Positions 1 through 10,868 of a stretch of 64,000 nt of DNA are shown one piece after another (the stretch's first letter is position 1; every line of letters starts with the position of its first letter). The DNA is from Epiperipatus broadwayi. Its lineage: Eukaryota; Animalia; Onychophora. The translations under genes and the position numbers were made by a program. The notes beneath the pieces were generated by a model that saw only the letters and a program-made list of their open reading frames with translations, was not told the origin of the DNA and ran no database searches. Where the stretch lies: NCBI GenBank assembly GCA_028023455.1, contig JAQFVV010000009.1, forward strand, positions 5,828,001-5,892,000, written 5' to 3'.

Positions 1-1530
1 TATATGGAGCCATGTTATAAGAAATATAGATTATACTTTAATCAAACAATTCTATAATTCCTAACTTATATATGTGTGTTTAAGAAGTGAGACATGCAAT
101 TAAATATAAGAAGAAAGGAAAGGTTCCAGGTAATGATGGAATTACAATTGATATAATAAAAGAAGCAGGTGAAGAAATGGAATTTTTTTTAGCAAAGTTA
201 TAAACCAAATGTCTAAAAGATAAAGATGTCCCATTAATATTTAAAAAAGGTGATAAAGAAGATATTAGAAATTACAGACCTATCAGCCTTTTATCAGTTT
301 TATACACAATTTTTACCACGATAATTACAATTCGTCTACAGAGAACATTGAATTTCCACCAACCAAGAGAACAAGCTGGATTTAAAAGTGGTTTTAGTAC
401 AGTAGATCATATCCAAGTATTGAGAGAAGTTATAGAAAGGACAAATGAATATGAGTTGCCATTATGTTTTGGATTTGTAGATTATGAAAAGGCATTTGAT
501 TCTATAAACATTTCTTCAGTGATTAAAGCATTGGATCATCAAGGTATAGATCCACAATATTGTCATATTTTTAAGACTATTTATAAAAATGCAACAGCAA
601 CAATTAGATTACATAATGATACTGGGAAAGTCAACATTGAGAAAGGTGTAAGACAGGGTGACTCCATATCTCCAAAACTTTTTACAGCAGTGCTGCAAGA
701 AATATTTTGTGGATTAAAATGGGAAGCTAAGGAATGAAAGTAAATGGAGATTATTTGTCATTTAGATTTTGCAGATGATGTAGTTGTTTTTGCAAATATT
801 GCTTTAGAGCTTCAGGAAATGTTGCAGGAGTCATCAGATGAAAGTAGAACTAAAAATAAATGTTAAAAAGACTAAAGTAATGTTTAATTGATTTTCTCAA
901 AATATGAAAATAAAGATCGATTATGATGAATTAGAAGAAGTTAACAGTTACAAATACCTTGGTCAGATTATTAATACATATGGAAACATAATGGATGAAA
1001 TTAATCATAGAATTAAACTTGGTTGGAGTGCTTTTGGTAGAAATAACTTGATACTAAAAGGAATTATGCCTATGTGTTTGAAAAGGAAGTTTTTTTAACA
1101 AATGTGTTTTACCAGTTCTTACTTATGGATCTGAGACTTGGACACTTAATAGAAGAGCAATACAGAGACTTCAGACCACTCAAAGAAGTATGGAGAGATG
1201 CATGTTGGGAGTAACAAGAAGAGATCGAAAACGCAATATATGGGTAAGAGAACAAACAGGTGTTACTGACCTCATTGAAAATATTAAAAGATTGAAGTGG
1301 AGTTGGGTTGGACATATTGCTAAAAGAGATGGTAATAGATGGACAATTGAAATCTTAAACTGGATTCCAAGAGATTGTAAAAGATGCAGAAAGAAACCAC
1401 ATGTTAGATGGATGGATGAAATAAGAAAGTGTGCAGGGGTGATGTGGAGAAGAGAAGCTAAAGATGGGAGATGGATTGAACTTGAAGAGACCTTCATCAT
1501 GCAGTGGATTGATAATGGTTGATGATGATA
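1..1530 (+). mobile_element. RTE-clade non-LTR retrotransposon, 3' part (decayed reverse transcriptase)
   Basis: ORF-track pieces 348-737, 904-1098 and 1190-1522 carry RT motifs (QAGF, FVDYEKAFDS, KGVRQGDSISPKLF, FADD near 767-780, KYLGQ, YGSETW, LKWSWVGH). Frameshifts and stops are present. It ends in a short GATGATGAT tail typical of RTE. Confidence 0.9.
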
Positions 1531-2230
1531 CATATATCAAAGCAGTAAAAAAAATTATTTTAATAGTTAATATAATTATTTACAGTGCTAAATATTTTTA
1601 TGTAATATATGTTGAGATTAACTCTCATGCAACTGTGCAGAGAATGTCTAAAACAATTAGACTGGTTTTGAATATTTTTAATTAACAATTCTTAGATTTC
1701 CCTCATTTTAAACCATGTCAACAATGATATCAAATAATGAAAATACCTAGTATAGATTATTTATATTGCTAAATATTTTTATGTTATATGTCGAGATCAT
1801 GCAATTGTAGATAAATAAAATACCCTCTAACCATAGTATAAAACAATACTTATAGGTAAAAGAGTGAATTTTTTCATCTTTCCCTCCCCTTCATATATCT
1901 AGAGCCAGGCTTCTTAAACTTTTTTATATAGCGACCCCCTTCAAGCTTAGGAAATTTTAAACGACCCCCTCCTCCATATAATGAAATATATATTAACCGT
2001 AGATGTAGATGTAATATCGCACTATTTTACAATGTAAATAAAATAAGGATTAAAGAATACGTACCCATTCATTTCACATATATATAATTGGAAACGTTGA
2101 CGGGATATCAGTCGTAATAAAACACAATAAATAGAATGACATAAAACTATATATAAATTTATTCAATAGAAAAAATAAACTTTTGTAACAATTTTTTTAT
2201 AAGAAAACATATTATTAACATCAAACAATA

Positions 2231-4104
2231 TTAATGTGACGGATGTGATTGTTTATTTTTACACAAATAATTAAATCCAGGCTCAATTTGAGTTAGTGCA
2301 GATCGTAATAAATTTTCAACGTTTATTAAAGTTGAACGGTATTTTGATTTTATGTAAGTTAATGTGGAAAAGGCTGATTCACATAAATATGTTGTACAAA
2401 ATGGCAGTAATTTGTTCATTGCCATTTCCGATAGTAGGGGATATTCTGATTTGATTTCTATCCAAAATTCATGCACAGGCACTTGAGAAAATCTGAGTCG
2501 CAAGGTAGTATCACTTGTTCAGACGTGTGCACATTCGTCTTGTGCTTTTAAGTTTAAAAAATTAATTTCTTCCATTTCAATTGAAAATGGATTGCAAATC
2601 CATTGTTGTGTATCGATATCATTGGGAAAATACCTATGCATGTAAACTTCCATATCCTTCAAATGATTAACTATAATTTTTGTTATAGGAGTATCTTTTT
2701 TTGAAATATTGTTACTAATTATATACTCGTCAGTAAATGGAAACATTTCAAGCGATCCACTTTCCACTCTGTTCTTCCATATAAGAATTTTTTTAACAAA
2801 GGCCTCAAGTTTATTTTTTAACATAAACATATTAACGCAGACTCCCTGCATTGATAAATTCATATCATTGATTTTATCAAAAATATCTGCCAAATAGCAT
2901 AGCTTGAGAAGCCATAAATTATCGTGAAAATAATCGGCCAAATTAGAATTTTGCTCTGTTAGAAATATAAGAACTTCATCTTTTAAAGTTAATAATCGTT
3001 TCAAACTTCGACCTCTTGATAGCCACCTAACTTCAGCATGTAGCAATAAACTTGTATAATCCGAATCCATATCAATGCACAAATTTTTAAACAATCGACT
3101 ATTAAGTGCTCGACTTTTAATAAAGTTGATGATTTTGACTGCATCAAAAAACACAGTGTTTAATTCTGGTGCAATTTTTTTAACAACAAGTGCCTCTCGG
3201 TGAATCATACAATGTGTAAATGTAATATGATCATTTCCAGCTTTAACAAATGCTGTAAAACCAAGATCTTGTCCGGTCATTGCTGCAGCACCGTCCGTGC
3301 ACACACCAACACAATTTTTCCAATTTAATCCTTCAGATCGGAAGAGCGTCGTGTACTGATTTCTATATATATCTTTTCCCACGAGTATGACCTTCCAGAG
3401 GACGACAAAACAGTATATCTTCATGAATGCTTCCCTCATAAATATATCTTACAAAAAGTAACAACTGTGCCATTTTTGAAATGTCTGTTGACTAGTCCAG
3501 TTGTATTGCAAACTTTGAGCTGTCTTTAAGCCTCATAAGAAGCTGTTGAAATTGATCATTGCTAATGTCTGAAATTCTTTTGGACACAGTGTCATTTGAT
3601 AATGGAATTTTACTAATTTCAGCAGCATACTGTTTTCCATGAACAATTTCAGACATTCTTATAGCTGCAGGTAGTAAAAGTTGCTCTCCAATAGTAAAAG
3701 GCTTTTTCGTTTTTGCTATCAAATATGAAACTTCATACGATGCCAATAGATATTTATCATTCAAAGTAACATACTTCTCCAAAGTGTTCTTTTCTTTATT
3801 TGATGTTTGCAAAAGACGCTCAAAATATTCTATTGGCTTTTTTGATAACGTTGCATGTTTAGTATTCAAATGTCGTTGCAGTTTTGACGGTTTCATGCTT
3901 TCTGCAGCCAAAACTTCTTTGCAAATTAAGCACACTGGTTGTTCTTCATTGTTGTGAGAAGAGCATGTGAAGCCATACTGCAAATATGATTCGTCATATT
4001 TTCTTTTTTTTTGTTTTGCTAGAAGTCGGATTTGAAGCACTGCAACTTGGTTGTGACGGCGTGGCAGACTTATTAGTTGGAATTTTAATTAGCCATTTAT
4101 CCAT
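2231..4104 (-). pseudogene. Buster-type hAT transposase (ZBED5/ZBED8/SCAND3-like family), interrupted in this assembly
   Basis: Starts MDKWLIK at 4104. Has a BED finger (PVCLIC...KLQRHLNTKH), FAIQLD, VCTDGAAAMTG, HCMIHREAL, EVRWLSRG and TTYLCESAFS, ending HPSH*. Lesions: extra A in the run at 4004-4012, TAG at 3492-3494, extra A at 3374-3377, adapter at 3335-3355, adapter-derived TGA at 2519-2521. Confidence 0.93.
3335..3355 (+). other. Illumina TruSeq adapter remnant (assembly artefact)
   Basis: agatcggaagagcgtcgtgta, a 21-nt exact match. Further remnants at 2517-2530 (gttcagacgtgtgc), 4260-4271 (ctcttccgatct), 17127-17137 (tcttccgatct) and 17762-17776 (agatcggaagagcgt). Confidence 0.93.
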
Positions 4105-6379
4105 GATGGTTAAATAATAATAAATAATTAAACAAAATGTAGTTGAACTTTAACGTAATAATTAAAAACACCAACTGAAAATTACACAGTAAATACACAC
4201 ATGTCACTACGAAGACAAAGCTGAGTCCAAACTGAAGTACAAACAGAAAAATAACTACACTCTTCCGATCTTACCAGTGCAATGACAACAAACTACGATC
4301 AGATCAACCCCGACGCATGGCGTGTTCAAAGTGTGCAGCGCACAAAGGCACCGTATCACAAAGACGCCGAAAAAGAAGCTTTCATTTAATTTTTTTTATT
4401 ATTATTTTATAAAAATAATATGCCGATTCGCCTAGCCTAGCTTGATTATGCTTCCGTATTGTATGTGTAAGCTGTAAGGCGACGCGGCGTCTGGGTACTT
4501 ATAATCACTAAGTTATCTTGCAAACACTGACGCGGCGGCCAGACATCAATGTCGAACGTTCAGTTGAAAATCGAGGAGCGCGTTGTATTTATTATTTTAA
4601 ATGCTACTTCCATATTTTCATTTATAGGCCCTACATAACAGTTTTGCATTGCCACTTTTTTCAAAAAATAGTTATAATAAAACTACAATAGTATTTTGTA
4701 TGATTTTTATTTGTATTTATATTTGTACGTAGTGTGTATACTAATTTTAAAATTTTATTTATAATGATTGAAAAGTATCAGATCTTTGCGACCCCCTTTC
4801 AGTAGTCTCGCGACCCCCCTGGGGGTCGCGACCCACAGTTTAAGAAGCCGGGATCTAGAGGGATGTTTAATTAAAACACTTAGATTAAAAGGAATAAATT
4901 TTTAAATCAGTCAGAATATTTATTTGAAGTGTTTAAAAATAAGAGAAATCTAAGAAATTGTCAATTAAAAATACCAATTAATTTAAAATGTTTAGAAATA
5001 AATTTCTTGATTCATTCAAAAACTCATTTCTTTTAGCCATCCCTTTAGATACTGATAAGAGACCATTTCAATTATCTCTACAGTTGCATGAAAATTTATT
5101 TTAATAATTGTGTGATATGTAAGAAGTCATTATATCCAATGTTTAGTGTTTTGTAGAAATAAATATATGAAATGCTTTCAAATGTTGCTTTGATGACAGT
5201 TGATAATAGTTGAGTACAATAAGGCAGAACAGAAAGCATGCTTTTGCAATATAATGTTTTATTTCTACAAAACAGTAACCACTGTTTATATATTATCTAT
5301 TGTATATTTATTTAAAATTTTTTATTTATACAAACAATTAAAAATTTACATTCAATAAGGCTATATCAAAAAAATGTAATAATTATATGCCCACATATAG
5401 TTATAGCAACATAATTGTAAACATTGTTATTAATTATACAATGTATACAATATTTATTTTTAAAATCTATAAACATTATTGGTAAAATAGAACAGATATT
5501 GAAAATTAAGTACCTCTAACACCTTTATAGATATGAATCTGCTATTCATTTAAAAGACACTTGTATTAATTAATTTGTTTCTTTCACACTGATCAACTTT
5601 GTAGATGAAACAAAAACTATTATCTAGTAAATGTCATATAAGCTGTGAAGTTATGTGGATAATCTAACTTTTAATATATAATTTGTCATTATTTTTTTAA
5701 TTAGATGACTGGTAATTGACAGTGACTCTCTATATGTAAATCAATATGCATAGCTAATATGTAATCAATGAATCTATCAAAGCACTATTAATATTAATGT
5801 ATTGTCCAAGTGCTCTTGATATTAATTAACTAATTCTAACAATAGAAGGCAGTAATTTTGATTATATATATATTAAATCTCTATTCAATTTACAAATAAG
5901 CACTACTTGGATATTGTTAGCTGTATAAAAAATTGTTTAGAAACAAATGTAGCTTCCAAATAAAGTCATTACATGTGTAGGTAATTGTTTTTATTCCATT
6001 CAAATTTCTTTCAACTATCATTACTCTGTGATGATTTGGCAGAAAAATAATTATATATTTCAATACCAAGAAAAAGGTGGGTTATCAACAATTCTTCTAT
6101 ACAGAAAAATTACAGATCAACTTCATAGTTAAAATCAGACAGTAAATATTAAATTAAGTGTACACACACATACACATATATATATATTAGAGGGGGAAAA
6201 CAAGTGCTTTATCTGAAATAAATCATAATTGATACCACTCTGATATTACATTATATAATTGATGGGATTAAATGCATTAATGAAGTTTAAAATTATTAAA
6301 CATTTTCTTGTTTTTTTTATAAAGAAATATGGTATCAATTCTTCATTTATGATAAAGGCAAAACAGAAATGAAAAGGGC

Positions 6380-7450
6380 TTTATGATAATGAAGCAAAAA
6401 CTTATTGCAAAAAAACTTTAAATGAAATGAAAAATAGCAATGCAAAAGAAACTAATAAAATTCTAGTTAACTTACTTAAGGCTTTGACAAAAAGAAAAAA
6501 AATATTTTGAAAGAATTAATTGCTATTTGCAATATAATCTATGTTGACTCTTAAATTGTCCTCTCAATAAATATAATTCTGGTGGAGAAAAAGCTTTGCA
6601 ACAAAATATTTTATAATAATTTAATCTCATAAGCAAATAACACCTTAGTGACAGTTTTAAATAGGTGAACTCTCAATAAATTAGATATGTTTATATATAA
6701 TAAATAATTTAGATTTAGAAAGAGAGGACTACGATATACAATTATAAAGTCTACAAATTATACAATAGTAACGTTGAGAGCTATTTTACTCAAAGGTGTA
6801 TGAAGAAATGAGAGATTAATATTTATTTCATTGATTTAAAAAAAAAAATGTATTGAATATATATATGTCAGAAAATATAAGAGATAATCATAGAAAAAAA
6901 TGTTGCTTTCTGTTTTGTTTAATACATGCTTAGATGAATTTTGAGTATTGCTTTGATAATCTTAGTTAATTAGCATTGGCAGGATTCATTGTATTTGTGA
7001 ATAATCTTAAAAAAATGTTATTTGTATAAAACCGATAGAATTTCTAAAAAGTTGAAGATGAAAATAAATATAAATAAAATTAAAGCAATGAAAATAGCTA
7101 ATGAGATTAACATATTAAGAGTAAACAATGTAATAATAATAGAGCAAATTAATAATGCTTCTAAAGATATGAATAGCTGGATTAACTGATGATTGAGATA
7201 ATGATAAAGAAATGAGAGAATTGCAATGGTTGCACAGGCTTTAAATAAGAGTGAGAAATCCACTGAAATAAAATCTAAGAAAGATAACTATTAAATATTT
7301 TGCATGGTATGTCATTTTACAGTGAATGGAGACAAGACACTTAGAAATATAGAAGTGTTAAAAAGAATTAAGTGCAAAAAATATTATTTATTGTGGAAAT
7401 TATGATGAAAAAGAGAAGCAGTGAGATTACGAAAGGAAATTTACAAAAGC
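6380..7450 (+). mobile_element. Highly decayed RTE-like LINE reverse transcriptase fragment
   Basis: Collinear degenerate RT motifs read by eye: TLNEMKN...VNLLKAL, ELIAICNIIY, FRK.GLRY, YFIDLKK, KMKININKIKAM, SWITDD-like, RIAM..QA. Confidence 0.6.
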
Positions 7451-10400
7451 CAGTCGGGAATAGAAAAGCTTGAAAAATGTACTTTGGTTTAGTAATGAAG
7501 TAGTAAAATCTGTTATACATATTTTGCTTCACTGTCTGGTGATATTAGAAACCTTCAACCAGAGGTTCAAACCCAGTTTTATATTTTTAAATCACTAGAG
7601 TGCAAGTACACATATACACGCAATTATCCCCCCCCTCTTTTGTTAGTTAAGCATTATTTTGATTAAATAAAATTAGTTTAATTCGGAAATATTTAAATTT
7701 CCACAACCGTAAATAGTCGTGCATGTGTGTGTATGTATCACAGATAACTGTAAATGTTATAATTATATTTTATCAAATATGTTTTAGTTTTTTTTAATTC
7801 GTGTATTATTTTATTTAAGATGACGTAATACCAGAGAAAGTTCTAGAGAGTAATTAATATATAACTGAAATTTGCAAACAAAAGAACGTGCCTTGTTTAA
7901 ATTTAAAATGTCTTTAGTAAAGTAGATTTATTTTAAAAGATCCTACGTTAATGGAATTAATGGAAAATATATCTCGTGAATCTATTTCCAACTCGAAATG
8001 GATTGAAACAATACTCTCTTGAACTTATCTCATCGTCATCTTTAAAATATAATAGTTAACAAAGGATAAGTGCATTCCAGTCAGTGCACATCCGGGTCTC
8101 GCCAGTGGCAGGGAAAATAGAAAATTCTAGAAGGTTTCAGTGGTGTATAAATACAGCCCAAATTTCCATGCTAAACACTCTGTGCTTTATTTTCAGAAGG
8201 TGTTGCAGAAGGAACTTGCATGACTCAAATTTTTAAAATATGACTCCTGAGTACTGAAAGAAATTTGCTTTCCTTATCTTTCCAAGATCAGCTCCATACC
8301 GCTATGCTTCTATACCATCACCACTTAAAGACTGTCTAAATGAACTGTTAAGCTAACTCTGAAGGGATGCCAGCCATTATTTTTCCAAAATTTGCACTGC
8401 TGACTTTATTTTTTCAAATTATTTTCCTATACGCGTATTAACCCATACAGTCATCAAGTCTTCAAATAACAGAAGGTAATCCTGTCTCTGCTGTCAATAT
8501 GAAATCTTAAAACCTCTATCTATGTGCTTTTAATTTATTTAAAATAAAATGTAACTTTAAAACCTCCAACTATGTGCTTTTAATTTAATTTTTTTAAAAA
8601 AGTAACTGTCTATTTCATAATCGGTGATGTAGTGCCGATTATTATTAATTTCATAAAGTAATGACTTTCTCTTTCTCTAATGCACGAATCTATAATTTTA
8701 TTTTCTAAACGTACTTGCTGGGTTTCACTCTTGCTATCTTATTATTTTAAATGCGACAAACTTTTAACTTTATTTTATGTTTGATTATATATTATTTAAT
8801 ATGCTAATAATTCAATCTAGCGAACCGATCTTATCTTAATTTTCTATTCCACCATTATGGAATCTTAAATAATTAAATGTAAGCTTTCTTACCAAACCCA
8901 AAGTTCGCTCAATTGAATAATGTTACTGAATTGTTCTATGCGTTTCATGGCATATCATCCGTTGCCATATTTAAAGATATCAATTTTAATATTAAGTAAA
9001 GTAATTTTAATATTAAGTAAAGTAAAACTTCGTTACCTTATCTTTGCTAATAATCTATCATTTGCTTATCACGCCATCCAACGTGATGATTTTATTTAAT
9101 TTTTCTACTTATCAAGCATATTGATATTTGTTTAATGTCAGGAACTACATATTCTCTCCCTTTTTGTGTTTGACTTTCTAATCAATAGTTAACATCAGTT
9201 ATGTACTGTTAAGGATGGGTTAAACTGTGTCATGTCATTACGCTAGATTTTATTATTTATGAGAGCCTTAGTTAATACATCATCATTACAGACTTGAATC
9301 CTATTAGCATTGCTTACCCTTGATAATGTTATAAAATTCATATCTTGCTTTGTCAAACTAATACCCAGAAGTCCCAGATTATTTCGTAAGGCATATTTCT
9401 TAATGGAGTTTGGAAGCACCGACTCCAGGGTTGTGTCAGGTTGTAGCTAGGCTCTGCATGAGGTAATATCAGAAAACCCAAAACCATGTAATCTCTACCA
9501 ACCATTTCTTTAGATGCCATCTGTCATAAGTACAGGTGATTCTCGTCCTAAAATCAGACTTCACCTTTCTGGCATTATCATGTTGGTCAGCACCGCGGTT
9601 ATTAATATTTTACATTACCCACTATTAATCTATAAGTCGTAATGCTATGATTTTGTAAACCATCCCCATCTTTCATTTATTTAGATTTTATAAGTTAGAA
9701 ATGTCATGTTTAGAGCTTATTTAAGCAATCCGCCATCTCATTAAATCATCTTTAGATGCGCCGAGAAATAACTTTCAGTAAACCCTACAAAATCCAATAA
9801 TGTAACAAAATGCGCAAATAAATGTTTTCTTTTTAAATCATTGATGAAATTTCGTTAATGACGGCATAAACTTTGTAATTTATAATTGTAGTGTTTTGTA
9901 AAAATGGCAGACATGTTTGTACACTCCAGAAAAACTAGAATTTATTCGAGGTTGTTTTTAGATCGTGCGCTGATAACTGTGGAATTTAATTAAGGCAGTG
10001 ACGTAATGGCGATCGACAATTCCAAAAAATATTTGCTGATTGCAAATATTTCTAGATAAGAGATGTTACCTTATTGGACGGTGTATTGATTGATTGTTGC
10101 AGTTATCAGAAAGCGATAAGAAGACTGGGTAACAACTACGCAGTGTAATATAGAGTATTAGAGGCAGTATTTGAGTAGAGATATCTCGCGTCAGTGCTTG
10201 CGGTTAATGACCAGCGCCCAGTGGAAATGTAGTCCACAGGTGTAGCTGAAAGAGCCCACAGAGATGGGGAGACCGCAGCAGAGATATTCAGAGCATTCGT
10301 TGCAGGCATTTGTTGCCGGAGAATACAGAGTGTATTGAGAGCATTTGTTGCCAGAGAATACAGAGTGTATTGAGAGCATTCGTTGCAGAGCACTTCGAGC

Positions 10401-10544
10401 AGAGCATCCGTTGCAAGAGAACAGTGTGGGAATTGAACATTAGCGAACTGTAAAGATAGAGTATTGCAGACTACGTAAAATCTTGTGAGTCTTATTGTAT
10501 ATAGTTATTTGCTGACCGCACAGTCATATTGGCAGATATAACAT

Positions 10545-10554
10545 TGGCGCAGTC
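10545..10554 (+). promoter_or_regulatory. Primer-binding site (tRNA-Ser-like)
   Basis: TGGCGCAGTC one base after LTR1. It has the same start as the tRNA-Ser PBS of 17.6/297-type Gypsy elements. Only 10 nt match. Confidence 0.7.
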
Positions 10555-10854
10555 ACATTTGGAACCTGTGAGTAGCGAATAAGTTTTGAACAACAAGTTT
10601 AGCTATAAACGGGGAAACCTGGTGAAAATGGAAATCCTAGTTAGTATAACATTAACAACGAAAGTGAAAGTTTGGAAATAAAACGCTTGCACAGTTAACA
10701 TAGAAAGGTGAGTTCTACCATGCTTGCACAGTCACCATTGAACATAACTGGCGAAAAAGTTTCAGTAGCAGTTTGAATCGAACATTTCTGAGTGAAATAA
10801 CAGGAAAGTAGGAATAGAAAAACAACACCAAGGAATCGCAACAAGGGTTTTTCT

Positions 10855-10868
10855 GGAGTGGAGGAAGG
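10855..10868 (+). promoter_or_regulatory. Polypurine tract
   Basis: ggagtggaggaagg immediately before the TG of LTR2. Confidence 0.8.

Larger units (their letters stand above)
1905..4852 (-). mobile_element. Full-length hAT DNA transposon, Buster/Charlie type
   Basis: 16-bp TIRs: ccaggcttcttaaact (1905-1920) and agtttaagaagccggg (4837-4852), one mismatch. Perfect 8-bp TSD atctagag (1897-1904, 4853-4860). Internal transposase. Confidence 0.97.
1620..5090. repeat. Old, degenerate inverted-repeat element interrupted by the Buster hAT insertion
   Basis: 1626-1712 (tcatgcaactgt...tatttttaattaacaattcttagatttc) matches the reverse complement of ~4930-5090 in patches, on either side of the hAT element. 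Confidence 0.45.

Noticed and set aside
7018-7263. Hydrophobic 81-aa ORF resembling a membrane protein
   Set aside because: It is the antisense reading of the A-rich RTE RT fragment on the plus strand.
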